55,543 nucleotides of DNA. It comes from a virus (Duplodnaviria; Caudoviricetes). How positions within the stretch are numbered: the first letter of the stretch is position 1; each line of letters starts with the position of its first letter. Below are positions 28,272 to 37,980 of this stretch, piece by piece. The notes beneath the pieces are model-generated. The model saw only the letters and a program-made list of their open reading frames with translations, made no database searches and had not been told where the DNA came from. The stretch lies in IMG/VR virus record IMGVR_UViG_3300042210_000075, positions 1 to 55,543 of that record; one strand, 5' to 3'. The position numbers were made by a program, and so were the translations under genes.

Positions 28272-29129
28272 TTAACGCCCGAACTCTTTATCAACCTGCT
28301 TCGATACCGTTGCCCATAATGCATCTTCATCGTCGATGTCATCACCGGATTTAGGCGTAGCAGGACGTCCCCCAGCCGATACTAACGATCGCTTCTGAAG
28401 CTCTCGACGGCTTTGGACTTGCTTGCTTTGAGTTGGACGTTCTTTGAATTGAGTAAGCAGGTAAATCGCATCATTCGGGTCATCCGAATCGAATAGACCT
28501 TTGACACCTGCTGGTTGAGAGTCGAGCCACTTATTGAATTCAGGGTTTTGAAGAATTTGTTGAGCGTCCGGTACAGCTTCAGCTACAGCGTTTGTTGCTT
28601 CTGCTAAAGCTAACTCTTGGAGGCTTTCTAACTCTCCATCAATAAGGCTCTGCATTGGGTCTAGAGTTGACTTAAGCGACTGACTATTACGTTCAGTAAC
28701 TTTCGCCATCCCCCTTTCTAGATGTTCAGCAAGTTCAGGGAAGTTCTCTTTGAAATCTTCATCGAGTTCAAATGACTGATCTTCGGACAAACCTTGGGCT
28801 ACTTGCTGTAGCTTTTGCTGCACACCCTGCCAACGCTTTGTCGCTGCTTGGCTTCTGCCCTTCTCTGATTTGAGAGAGTGATTTAAGCGAGCGTTCTCAG
28901 CACGTAATCGTTCAACTTCATCAACTTCCTGTTCACCATCAGGGTTAATCGCGTCAGTTGCTCCCTCTTGGCCTAAAGGGTCACCGTCACTTTCATCCAA
29001 TTCGTTATTAAGGATTTCTGAGTCATCTTCTTTTACGGCAGTTGATTCACCGGCAACTTCTTTGATTGCGGCTTCGAAAGCGGCATCTTCATCGAAGTTC
29101 GGATCATCTATGTTGTTATCGACTTCCAT
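28272..29129 (-). CDS. Scaffolding protein
   Basis: Acidic coiled coil before capsid; AAGGAG RBS at ATG 29129. Confidence 0.7.
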   Translation of the reverse strand: MEVDNNIDDPNFDEDAAFEAAIKEVAGESTAVKEDDSEILNNELDESDGDPLGQEGATDAINPDGEQEVDEVERLRAENARLNHSLKSEKGRSQAATKRWQGVQQKLQQVAQGLSEDQSFELDEDFKENFPELAEHLERGMAKVTERNSQSLKSTLDPMQSLIDGELESLQELALAEATNAVAEAVPDAQQILQNPEFNKWLDSQPAGVKGLFDSDDPNDAIYLLTQFKERPTQSKQVQSRRELQKRSLVSAGGRPATPKSGDDIDDEDALWATVSKQVDKEFGR

Positions 29130-29235
29130 CGATTGGCTCCTTGCGGCATTTCTGCGGCGTGGGTAAGGCGGCTTTTCAGCGGCCAAAAACGACAAAACCC
29201 CGCCGACTGGCAGGGTTTCATTAATCTTTCGTTAG

Positions 29236-29421
29236 CTATTGCGTTGGCTTTTCTTGCTTTGCAAGCTCATCCAGCATGGATTCAAGCTGGACATATCGAC
29301 CACGCAATATAGCTGTCTGAAGTTCTGTAGCATGCGGAAAAAGCAACTCGTTCTTTACTTCTTCGACTTGCTCATCCAAATACTTCTTAAGCGTAATTCG
29401 CGCTGGACCATCTAACTGCAT
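29236..29421 (-). CDS. Small head-region protein
   Basis: 61 aa, TAILRGRY motif, between portal and scaffold. Confidence 0.55.
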   Translation of the reverse strand: MQLDGPARITLKKYLDEQVEEVKNELLFPHATELQTAILRGRYVQLESMLDELAKQEKPTQ

Positions 29422-29642
29422 ACAAACGCCTGTAGGCTTTTCGTGCCTTTATGCTTTAGACCGACGCACATCTTTGCGGCTTTTAGTCGCCCGTTGAAGT
29501 GGTTGTCTACACGAGTACGAACATCAGCGTAGTTCTTAAACGGATTGCAAAAGCGGATAATCGCTTCTTCACCAAACTTGGCAAATATGTACGCTTGAAC
29601 GATGGTTGCAGCAAAGGTTTGAACAGGTTCTTTAGTTTCCAT
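29412..29642 (-). CDS. Hypothetical protein
   Basis: Overlaps both neighbours in the operon. Confidence 0.5.
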   Translation of the reverse strand: METKEPVQTFAATIVQAYIFAKFGEEAIIRFCNPFKNYADVRTRVDNHFNGRLKAAKMCVGLKHKGTKSLQAFVCS

Positions 29643-30180
29643 CGACTACCACCCAGTCTTCAGCGAACAAGTCACCTTGTGATGGAACCCAACCTGGCAC
29701 CCATTGTTTTTGTGCATTAAACAACGCGCAGTAAGGCTGACAGTCCAATGGAGTATCTTCGCCAATAAACTTAGCTGTTCTGTCGTTTACTTTTGGCCCC
29801 GGCTCTTGAGTGCTAAACGGAGGCAAATATAGCGGAGGCATCATGACAACAAACTGACCACCACCATTCCAACCAGCTCGAGCTACTTTTTTACCAAGCT
29901 TCATCATTTCAAGAGCATGACCAAAATTCATATGCCCACTTGGCTGGTAAGCATTATCAAATACTTCTTTTGGCGACCAGCTAATATAACCTTCGTGATC
30001 AGGGTGATTTGGCTTACCACCGTCGGTGTATTCAACCAAATAACCTAGGGATTCGGCGTCCTCATTATCAGGAATAGTCCACTCTCGATAATGGTTGTAC
30101 TCACCAAGAGTCATTGGCATAGCCAAAATAATCTTCGTCCCGATAAACATTTTCATGCCTTTGCTTGCACTCATAGTCAT
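29632..30180 (-). CDS. DUF2829 / Tad2-like anti-defence sponge protein
   Basis: MNFGHALE..GKKVARAGWNG..WVPSQGDLFAEDW plus N-terminal GTK..GYLVEY..SWSPKEVF domain. Confidence 0.75.
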   Translation of the reverse strand: MTMSASKGMKMFIGTKIILAMPMTLGEYNHYREWTIPDNEDAESLGYLVEYTDGGKPNHPDHEGYISWSPKEVFDNAYQPSGHMNFGHALEMMKLGKKVARAGWNGGGQFVVMMPPLYLPPFSTQEPGPKVNDRTAKFIGEDTPLDCQPYCALFNAQKQWVPGWVPSQGDLFAEDWVVVDGN

Positions 30181-30199
30181 AACCTTTTCTTTCGGAAAC

Positions 30200-30282
30200 A
30201 AAAAAGCCCAACCGGTTAGGGCTGGGCTTCAGGGATAGTTTTGCATCATTGGGAATTATCGCGTAACTCTTATTCAAGTCAA
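30200..30282 (-). promoter_or_regulatory. Late promoter, copy 2, with downstream terminator (30200-30228)
   Basis: TTGACT-16-GATAAT, GAGTTACGCGATAATTCCCAATGAT; then AGCCCAGCC/GGTTGGGCT+T run. Confidence 0.7.
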
Positions 30283-30285
30283 GGG

Positions 30286-32508
30286 CTAGTTAAGTCCGAA
30301 GTTGCCGTCTTCACCCAAAGTGAATTTAAGCTCGTACTCTGCTAAGAACTTCTGCATGTCGTATTCTTGCTGCGAACGTTGCTTACGCAGTTCAGAAACC
30401 AGCTTCTCAGTGTTCCACTTATCGTTCTGAGCAAGGCGCATGGTTTCAATTTCTTTCTGTTGAGCCAGCTTCATTTGCTCGCTCTGATAACGGAATAGTG
30501 CTTGTTGTCGTCTAATGTCTTGTTCAGCAAGACGACCTTGCGCTTTCATCTGTTCAACCTGACGCGCTGTATCTGCCTTAAATTGCTCAATCTGCATCTG
30601 GTGTTCATGCTTCATCTGAGTAATCTGCATATCCATTTGAGCCTTCACAATCGCAGGGTCTTGCGGCTGCTGTTCTTGCTGCTGGCGAATACGTTCCATT
30701 GCTTGGTCATATTCAGTCTTAGGTTTCAGCATTGATTGAACACCAAGGCTCATCGATTTAACCAGCGATTCCAAACCGTTGTACCATTCAAACGCTGGCG
30801 CCAAGTGTGGATGATTCGAGAAGCGATCGAACATCTCAATGATCTGCGCAGTCTGCATCTCTTTCACCAATAGTGCAGAAGTACCGCGAGCCGTACAGTT
30901 CATGTCACCTTTAATATCATTGCGAGAGTTGAACTGCATGTTCCATACATAGAAGCGAGTGATCAGCGGTTTGGTAATGTCATCGTCAAACTCTTTAACC
31001 TGACGACGACGTACAGCGTTAGCGGCATTCATCAGCATAGACATACCGCCAAGCGTAGGCGTTACTTGCCCTTGTTCACCTTGGGCAATCATCGGCAAGC
31101 CCGACTCTTCGTCCATAAAGGCTTTAGCCATACCAATAACATTCTGGAACTCTGCTTGTCTTGATTGGAAAGAGAACACACCAAAGGCTTTTTGTGCTTC
31201 GAAGGTAGCGGCTACAGACTTACCAGCTTCCTTCGTATTCCAAATCTTTCTTGGTGAAAACTCCCACTTACCATCAGCTGGCTCTAGTACACCTTTGTTC
31301 ACAACAATCTGATCGCCAATGGTTGTAACACCGTTATCCAGCATTGCTCGCCACGCTGAATTCATAACGTCTTGAGTGTCTTTAATCAGATAAGGGATCC
31401 CATAACCAAACAAGCAAGTAACATCAGGTTCTGCGCAGTAGACTGAGTATGGGTTATCTTCGGTATCAAACGGGTTCAGGTTTACGTCAATGATGGTGCC
31501 GTCGCCACCCATTTGAATCACGCCTTGAATTTCACCGCTATCGGCTAACTCATCATCTGGGTCAATTAGCCCTGCTTCAGCTAATACACGGAAAGGAACA
31601 GGACCGTGATACGTCCATACTTCATATCGGTTGTCTTTGTACGTTGGCTGCAATCCATTTAATGAGCGGATCTCATTCACATAGCCAAGCACATCAGAGC
31701 TATTTACGTGTGTACTCTTCGGCTCTTTCTTGATGAGTTTTTTAACACCGTCTTGAATCTTGTGCGGATCCTTGAGCATGTTCATTAGCTTGCGCTTGTT
31801 CAGATATTCACGCTCAAAGGTAAAGCCAGCATCATCAATGCAAGTAGCTGACATATCCGGTACAAAGTCCCAAGGGTAGACGTTACGCGCTGACGGTTTC
31901 TCTTCGTACGTGATTTCTGCTTTCCACGTTCCTTCACCAACATCCTGCCACTTAGAAGATTTACGCACTTCCATAACTGGAGCCCGAATAATGCCAGTAC
32001 CCAACACACCAGCAAAATGAAGCATCCAACGACACTCACCTGCGTAATCACACTCTTCTAACTGGTCATCAATCTGTGATTCCATAGCGCGAGCTCGTGC
32101 TAAAGCTTCATCCATTTGTTTTTTGGCAATTTGTGCAGCGTCAGTCTCAAGCTCTACATCAAGATCAAGGATGCGCTCAAGCTCAGGCACTGGTGTTGGA
32201 TGAATACCGTAGTTCTTGTCGTCTGCAGGAAATAGCATGTCTGTCATCTGTGCTACCCAAGCATCAGTCTTGCTTCGGGTGTAACCGATAAACACAGAAC
32301 TGCGCTTTTGCTCCTTAGCATCATTGTAAAAGGCTGATTCGTACTTGCTCATATAGCGGCGCATATCATCAACCCAACGTTGTTCAATAGGACTCCGCTC
32401 TTGCAATTGCGTCGTCAACGTACCTAACAACTCCTGCCCGAAGTTTTCTATAGGCGTGAGTAAATCCGCATCGCCTTGTTGATGCGTATCTTCGATAAGT
32501 TCTTGCAT
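30286..32508 (-). CDS. Portal protein
   Basis: 740 aa after terL; GVLGTGII, YEVWTYHG, FGYGIP, ESGLP; Gln-rich C-terminal barrel. Confidence 0.85.
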   Translation of the reverse strand: MQELIEDTHQQGDADLLTPIENFGQELLGTLTTQLQERSPIEQRWVDDMRRYMSKYESAFYNDAKEQKRSSVFIGYTRSKTDAWVAQMTDMLFPADDKNYGIHPTPVPELERILDLDVELETDAAQIAKKQMDEALARARAMESQIDDQLEECDYAGECRWMLHFAGVLGTGIIRAPVMEVRKSSKWQDVGEGTWKAEITYEEKPSARNVYPWDFVPDMSATCIDDAGFTFEREYLNKRKLMNMLKDPHKIQDGVKKLIKKEPKSTHVNSSDVLGYVNEIRSLNGLQPTYKDNRYEVWTYHGPVPFRVLAEAGLIDPDDELADSGEIQGVIQMGGDGTIIDVNLNPFDTEDNPYSVYCAEPDVTCLFGYGIPYLIKDTQDVMNSAWRAMLDNGVTTIGDQIVVNKGVLEPADGKWEFSPRKIWNTKEAGKSVAATFEAQKAFGVFSFQSRQAEFQNVIGMAKAFMDEESGLPMIAQGEQGQVTPTLGGMSMLMNAANAVRRRQVKEFDDDITKPLITRFYVWNMQFNSRNDIKGDMNCTARGTSALLVKEMQTAQIIEMFDRFSNHPHLAPAFEWYNGLESLVKSMSLGVQSMLKPKTEYDQAMERIRQQQEQQPQDPAIVKAQMDMQITQMKHEHQMQIEQFKADTARQVEQMKAQGRLAEQDIRRQQALFRYQSEQMKLAQQKEIETMRLAQNDKWNTEKLVSELRKQRSQQEYDMQKFLAEYELKFTLGEDGNFGLN

Positions 32509-32510
32509 GA

Positions 32511-34052
32511 TTAGTATCCGGTTTTGGAGTTGAGAGTTTTGTATGCTGATTCAGCGTTGTGGATGATTTCTTCACGACGGTTTTCAGGCAGTGCAGCCAA
32601 GCACACGTACTGGAACGCATCGGATAAGTGCGAATATTTGTTCTTGTCTGGTTTGTCTGAGTACTTCTCTTGCCCAGACACGTTTAGCCGCTTGTACTGG
32701 TAACCTGTTTCCATGGCTTTAATGAGCACACGACAATGAGGACTGATAACAATCGCCGGCTGACCGCGATATAGCTGGTGCAAAAAGTAACGAACCGCCT
32801 CAAGTCGGGCGGTTACGTTGTTGGTTGGTGCTGGTTCTGCTTCGAGTCCTTCATCTTCTAGAATCTCGAAACAGGTCCGCTCATCTGTTTGGGCTCGACC
32901 GACGCCAGCTGGGTCACCAAAGAAGTTGAGATCACAGCCTTTGTACTTCTGTGCGATGAGTGGGTTCAGCTGCTCGGTGACGAATCGGCGAATACCCATA
33001 CCTTCAGAAACCACTTCATCAATGACACGAACCTGACCAACAGGTGATATCTGAATAAAGACGGCTGAAGGAGTTAATCCAAAGTCCAGACCGACATAAG
33101 TAGTCCAGCCCTTTACTGGTAGCAGCTTGTTCTTGCTGACATGGAACTCACGGTTAAACGAGTCTGCATACACTGGCTTACCATCGACCACGACCGCGAA
33201 CTTGTTACACATCCGCGATCGAATCCAGTTCAGCGTCTGCCCCTGTACCTTCTCAAGCCAGTAGCCCCACTTGTTCTTGTGGTTGTCGACGTTCTCTGCT
33301 TCTGGGTTAGCAACAAATGTCTTGCCGAGATACTCGATGACGTAGCCATCATCGACCATCTTTCTAACTTCCGGTGACAGACCATCTCGCGGTATACCTG
33401 TGATTTCCAGCAATCCGCCAGGCTGCTCGATGAAGGACCAGTTATCAGGACAATTCGGTTTACCTGTCTCTTCGTCAACGCCCTGCTCCATCTCATACCA
33501 CCAGTGATCATCATCTGGTGAGTTGGTATCCATGATCATGCCGTACCAAGTTGGTCCACCATCACGCATAGATGGATAACGGCCAGCACGAGATAGCGCC
33601 TCCATGACGACAGACCTTGGCATAAACTGAGCTTCGTTAATCCATACGCCAGTACACTCAAGCGACATCAGCTTTGATATGTCTTTCGGCTTATCGAGAG
33701 ACAAGAAGAAGAACTCAGCTTCTATTCTGGTTTCTCCGTCTGGATGCTTCTGCTTCCACAGCGCACGAATAGGCGCGTCATAAATGATCGGGCAGATAGA
33801 TTGAGGCAACCAATCCTGAAAGGTTTTGATGACCGTACCTTTCAGCTCTGGGTAAGTGTTACGTATGCACAACCATCGAGTCTTACGAACGCCTTCGCTG
33901 TTTGGCGCTTGCTCCATGGCTATCTTCTTCATGTGCATCACACAGCCAACGGATTTACCCGAGCCGATAGGTCCACGAATAGCAGTAACAAGAGGCCTAA
34001 TCTTGTGAACGACTTTCTTAAAAGTCGGTGAAGCAATGTAGCGGATATGCAC
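32511..34052 (-). CDS. terL: Terminase large subunit
   Basis: GPIGSGKS Walker A, WINEA, MDTNSP, GLDFG, HLSDAFQY. Confidence 0.9.
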   Translation of the reverse strand: MHIRYIASPTFKKVVHKIRPLVTAIRGPIGSGKSVGCVMHMKKIAMEQAPNSEGVRKTRWLCIRNTYPELKGTVIKTFQDWLPQSICPIIYDAPIRALWKQKHPDGETRIEAEFFFLSLDKPKDISKLMSLECTGVWINEAQFMPRSVVMEALSRAGRYPSMRDGGPTWYGMIMDTNSPDDDHWWYEMEQGVDEETGKPNCPDNWSFIEQPGGLLEITGIPRDGLSPEVRKMVDDGYVIEYLGKTFVANPEAENVDNHKNKWGYWLEKVQGQTLNWIRSRMCNKFAVVVDGKPVYADSFNREFHVSKNKLLPVKGWTTYVGLDFGLTPSAVFIQISPVGQVRVIDEVVSEGMGIRRFVTEQLNPLIAQKYKGCDLNFFGDPAGVGRAQTDERTCFEILEDEGLEAEPAPTNNVTARLEAVRYFLHQLYRGQPAIVISPHCRVLIKAMETGYQYKRLNVSGQEKYSDKPDKNKYSHLSDAFQYVCLAALPENRREEIIHNAESAYKTLNSKTGY

Positions 34053-34172
34053 TTACATCACGCCCAGTGTCTGCATCAACCACAGAGAACGTGGTTCACC
34101 GTGTGAAGCCATCACATAATGAATGGCAAACGAAATAGCAGACCAAAACAAAACGATAAGTAGGTTTTTCAT
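34053..34172 (-). CDS. 39-aa hydrophobic peptide (not in ORF track)
   Basis: MKNLLIVLFWSAISFAIHY..; stop abuts the terL GTG. Confidence 0.4.
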   Translation of the reverse strand: MKNLLIVLFWSAISFAIHYVMASHGEPRSLWLMQTLGVM

Positions 34173-34199
34173 AGGCACAAAAAAACCGCCCGTAGGCGG

Positions 34200-34526
34200 T
34201 TAGTATCTTTCCATTCTTTCAGCTAGACACTTTTGATAAGCATCGATATTTGTATGTGGAGGTACAACGACACGCCCTTCCTTTCTCATAACACGGCGAC
34301 AACAGATAGTTAGGCACTCTATGTCTCTTGGCGCTTCGTCGTAAATGACGATATCAAAATCAAACGCCATGATGTTATGCGGTCGCTCTTCATCAACATG
34401 TACTATCGCATCGTGGTCACAGCCAATCTGTCTCACTAGATATCGATGTAGGCCATAGTCTGAAACCAAAGCTACTCTTTGCTTTGAATCAATAGCTTGT
34501 TTGATTATTCGCGTTAGTGTTTGCAT
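34200..34526 (-). CDS. Hypothetical protein
   Basis: ATG 34526 just after terS stop; terminator at 34178-34201. Confidence 0.55.
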   Translation of the reverse strand: MQTLTRIIKQAIDSKQRVALVSDYGLHRYLVRQIGCDHDAIVHVDEERPHNIMAFDFDIVIYDEAPRDIECLTICCRRVMRKEGRVVVPPHTNIDAYQKCLAERMERY

Positions 34527-34530
34527 AAAC

Positions 34531-35283
34531 CTACCAATCAATCTCATAAGTAACTTTACCGTCGCCATCATCACGCTTACGCATGTTGATAAGATCACTC
34601 TTCTCTTCAATCTGTTTCTGGATGAGTCTGATTTGCTCAAGGTCTTTCTCAGCTGACGAACTGAGTTTCTTCATCTTGAGCCTGACAAGTAGACTCTTCT
34701 CTTGAATGTCGGCAATGGTATGAGTAATGGACTCGATACGTTGAACTGCATAGTCCAACTTGGTTTGCATCTTGATGTATTGCTCATAAAGCTGAACACG
34801 CTGCTCGATACTTTCCGCTTTCTCGATATCAGCACCGATCATCGCCAAAGCTTTCAACGCTCTGGCAGAACGAACGCGCATCAAACCAAGTTCAGCATCG
34901 AGCTCTACCTGGTGACTCTTCTCAAGGATGGCAATGTCTTCCTCATCCATGAACTCAGCGTAAAATCCGTGTGTCTTTTGGTTGGTATTTCCGAGCATCC
35001 CAGCAGACAGTTGCTGCGAAAACTCTCGCGCATCTTTCACCACCTCGTCGCAGCTCGCAACCCCTTGCCGCGACTTGCTTACAGCCCCATCGCCTTTATT
35101 TTTTGTGCGCCCATCTGCGACACCTTCTGCGACTGCTGGGCGTTTTATGTAGCGTTTCGCACTAGATGGGTTGATTCCGTGCTTTTCACACCAGAGTTTA
35201 ACTGTAATCCCGGTCTTTAAATGCTCAGTCTGAAAAGCCCGATTGAGCGCTGGCCAGTTTTTATCTTGTTTTGTTTTAGCCAT
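34531..35283 (-). CDS. terS: Terminase small subunit
   Basis: N-terminal HTH (WCEKHGINPSSAKRYI), GNTNQKTHGFY; upstream of terL. Confidence 0.75.
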   Translation of the reverse strand: MAKTKQDKNWPALNRAFQTEHLKTGITVKLWCEKHGINPSSAKRYIKRPAVAEGVADGRTKNKGDGAVSKSRQGVASCDEVVKDAREFSQQLSAGMLGNTNQKTHGFYAEFMDEEDIAILEKSHQVELDAELGLMRVRSARALKALAMIGADIEKAESIEQRVQLYEQYIKMQTKLDYAVQRIESITHTIADIQEKSLLVRLKMKKLSSSAEKDLEQIRLIQKQIEEKSDLINMRKRDDGDGKVTYEIDW

Positions 35284-35360
35284 AGCATTTGATGATCACT
35301 CAGAACGACTTTCTCGCCACACCCAATAAGCAGTGGCGATAATCAGTGCCAACCAGATCA

Positions 35361-35834
35361 TTACTCACCTAAGCACTGTTCACGAATGTAGTCTTGCAGA
35401 TAACGAGTCTGCTGTTCGTTCTCAACCATCATTTCTCTGAGACGTAGATAATTGTCTCTAGTTGCTCCGGTAAGTTGTGGGGCGCTTGCATCATTGCTGC
35501 TGGTGGAGCTATCGCTGGCTGGCATTGCGGGACATTCGGCTTTGACGTACACCCGCTTAGGACCATCACTAAGCTCATTGCGAAGCCGCTCAATTTCATT
35601 CTTAGCATCCGTTAACTCCTTTGCATGCTTTTCACCAAGCTTGTTGTAGGAAACAATCTTTTCTCTCTGCGCCTTCTCTGAAGCGATATAAGCGAGTATT
35701 TCAGAATTAGCCACCGCGAGCTTACTTTGCAGTTGCTCGTTTTTGATACTGAGTGCGTATGTAGCAGCTGACAATGTAACGAAGGCTACTAGCGCTATCG
35801 CTAAACCCCAAACGCTTAACTTGGTATTAAACAT
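35361..35834 (-). CDS. Rz-like i-spanin
   Basis: N-terminal TM, coiled coil, [19 protein letters not shown]. Confidence 0.85.
   Translation of the reverse strand: MFNTKLSVWGLAIALVAFVTLSAATYALSIKNEQLQSKLAVANSEILAYIASEKAQREKIVSYNKLGEKHAKELTDAKNEIERLRNELSDGPKRVYVKAECPAMPASDSSTSSNDASAPQLTGATRDNYLRLREMMVENEQQTRYLQDYIREQCLGE
35429..35608 (-). CDS. Rz1-like o-spanin embedded in Rz (not in ORF track)
   Basis: +1 frame [20 protein letters not shown], Pro-rich, 59 aa, AAGGAG RBS. Confidence 0.85.
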   Translation of the reverse strand: MLRMKLSGFAMSLVMVLSGCTSKPNVPQCQPAIAPPAAMMQAPHNLPEQLETIIYVSEK

Positions 35835-36295
35835 ACTTCCCTCTCGATTTCTCTTCGGGTAACTAAACCTTTCCATTTCTTTCCGCCGGCATAAACCCAA
35901 CGCTTAAGCTCAGTACATGCACCTGGCACATCCATCGCGTTAAGCTTCTTAAGTAATGTGGAACGAGAAAAAGCACCAACACCAACGTTGAATGTGAATG
36001 AGTAAAGAGCTGCGCGGGTATGTTCAGGAATGTCAGTTTTAATTAGCGGGTCTATCTGGCGCTTAACTTTTGCAAGGTCTTCATCGAGAAGGTCTTTACA
36101 TTCTTGGTGGGTATAAATCTTATCTTCAATAATGTCTGAACCAGTGTGACCATAACAAACCGTAAGTACGCCAGCGACATCATAATAGGGTTTATATTCA
36201 ATACCCTCTAAGGGCATTATCATTGCGGCGGCCATGGCTAAAGCTGAAGCGCCCAAAGCCGATAGCGACCGAATATTTGCGCTAATCTTGCTCAA
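35816..36295 (-). CDS. SAR endolysin (GH24 lysozyme)
   Basis: Ala-rich N-terminal SAR; E-X8-D-X5-T triad ([16 protein letters not shown]), CYGHTG, GLVTRR. Confidence 0.9.
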   Translation of the reverse strand: MSKISANIRSLSALGASALAMAAAMIMPLEGIEYKPYYDVAGVLTVCYGHTGSDIIEDKIYTHQECKDLLDEDLAKVKRQIDPLIKTDIPEHTRAALYSFTFNVGVGAFSRSTLLKKLNAMDVPGACTELKRWVYAGGKKWKGLVTRREIEREVCLIPS

Positions 36296-36482
36296 GACCG
36301 AACTCTTTTTCTAGGCGTTTCTTCTGGAAGTGGTAATTGATATAAGCCGTCACTAGCATACCGACAAGGCTAATGATCACCATCCACCAATCTGGAGAGA
36401 TAGCCCCTACTCCCGCAAAGAAGCCACAAATACTGTTCCAGAAGTACGAGATAAAACTGGAGCCTTTTTCATTCATACGCAT
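36282..36482 (-). CDS. Holin with Met-Arg-Met dual start
   Basis: 66 aa, hydrophobic segments, basic C-terminus; precedes endolysin. Confidence 0.75.
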   Translation of the reverse strand: MRMNEKGSSFISYFWNSICGFFAGVGAISPDWWMVIISLVGMLVTAYINYHFQKKRLEKEFGLEQD

Positions 36483-36533
36483 ACCCACCCCCTTACGGAG
36501 TGTCCCTATTTGATTTTTACTGACGCGGAAAAT

Positions 36534-36606
36534 AAAAAACCCCGCCGAATGGCAGGGTTAGGTGTTCTATTATTGGGAATTATCGCATAGCTCAATGCCT
36601 TGTCAA
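36534..36606 (-). promoter_or_regulatory. Late promoter, copy 1 (pR') with tR'-like terminator (36534-36559)
   Basis: TTGACA-16-GATAAT overlapping the Q stop; AACCCTGCC/GGCGGGGTT+T run. Confidence 0.8.
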
Positions 36607-37334
36607 TCAGCGCGCTCTAAGCGAGCTCTCTTCGTCATCGCATTAATAGTCGTCTGCTTTTTTATAGCCAAGTCATCAAGGATGGACTCTATCTTGAGCG
36701 TAAGTTCTGGCGTCAGTTTAATATCAAACTGCCCTAAGTGTTCTTTCCAATTGATTACTTTGTTTTTGAAATAGCCATCACCATGACAAGACTTGCAGCG
36801 TTCACCGTTCACACTACCAGTAGCGCCGCATCTGGGACAGTTACAAGATAACTTTGAATACTTATCCGCCCAATCATCAAGAGATTTACGCTCGGACTCA
36901 ATATCGATCATGTGACGATTAACTAAATCCTGATGGCGCCCAGAACGGGTTAACGATTTGATTGCACGGTTCCATGAATCGATAAGGCGTCGGCTTCGCT
37001 TTGCTCTCGGTCCATACTGTTTTAGTAGTGACTTTATTCTTAATTGATTTCTCCCCAGAGGAATAAAACACAACTCAGAATAAACAACGGTCATCAGCTC
37101 CTCTGAGCCTAACTTTTCAATCAAGTAGTTTTGCAACTGGTCAACATACTGGATCTCTCCAAACTCAGTTGCCATAACTATAGCCAATCCTATTGGACTT
37201 TTTTTACCAGCTACACAAAGCGCAGAATACAACTCTTGCTTATCAAGAGAGCTTTTCGGAGCTTTGAAGGTATTGCTCATATTCACCGACTTCGGCTTGC
37301 TTAGCTTTTCTAAAAGCTCGACAACATTACTCAT
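36603..37334 (-). CDS. Late antiterminator Q-like protein
   Basis: CPRCGATG..CKSCHGDG zinc finger; immediately upstream of late promoter and lysis genes. Confidence 0.7.
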   Translation of the reverse strand: MSNVVELLEKLSKPKSVNMSNTFKAPKSSLDKQELYSALCVAGKKSPIGLAIVMATEFGEIQYVDQLQNYLIEKLGSEELMTVVYSELCFIPLGRNQLRIKSLLKQYGPRAKRSRRLIDSWNRAIKSLTRSGRHQDLVNRHMIDIESERKSLDDWADKYSKLSCNCPRCGATGSVNGERCKSCHGDGYFKNKVINWKEHLGQFDIKLTPELTLKIESILDDLAIKKQTTINAMTKRARLERAD

Positions 37335-37749
37335 CTTTCCCTATCCCCAGGTAATCAACAATGACTTGTTTTGCTTCTTCAAACCCATAACAGATCACAG
37401 CTAAGTAGCCCTGTTCTGATAAACGTTCAATCCATTCTTTCTGCTCTTTTGACACGGATGATGAAAAACCTCTAGGAGATTTCATCTCTATTCTTAAGCC
37501 ATGGTAGCCATCAGCTGCGATATCAATAATCAAATCAGGGTAGCCTTTACGCCCACCTAGTTTCTTAAAATCAGCCTGAGCCTTGTAGCCTCGCTTACCT
37601 TCATTTGGCATGTGAGTAATGTACTCACCCACTTTCTTGCCTTTAAAACTAACGAGCCATGACCATTCAATTAGAGCAGCTTGTTCAGACGTTTCAATTT
37701 CTCTTGGTTTATTCTTTGTAGAGATTCTTAGTAAATCAAGCTCGCGCAT
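37327..37749 (-). CDS. VRR-NUC nuclease
   Basis: HMPNEG, GYPDL, LRIEMK, EQKEW; start probably ATG 37749. Confidence 0.85.
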   Translation of the reverse strand: MRELDLLRISTKNKPREIETSEQAALIEWSWLVSFKGKKVGEYITHMPNEGKRGYKAQADFKKLGGRKGYPDLIIDIAADGYHGLRIEMKSPRGFSSSVSKEQKEWIERLSEQGYLAVICYGFEEAKQVIVDYLGIGKDE

Positions 37750-37980
37750 AAAACACCAATAGAGACAATTATTTTCATCGAACAAAACAATTGTATAACT
37801 ATATCTTTGAATAATGAAGAGATGAGTTACCGCAACGCACCTAACATAAAGTGTCAGCCAGAGTTAAGTATTGCGATGCGGTAAATAGGAGGGATATTTT
37901 GAGAATGGTCTGCACTAATGAATCGAACACTGATGCACTAGCTAACGCAGACCACTCTAAAAATAGCGCTATTACTTACG

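Noticed and set aside
37897-37963. Second tRNA gene (TTCGATT loop, ..ACCA)
   Set aside because: No anticodon or D arm; folds better as one long hairpin
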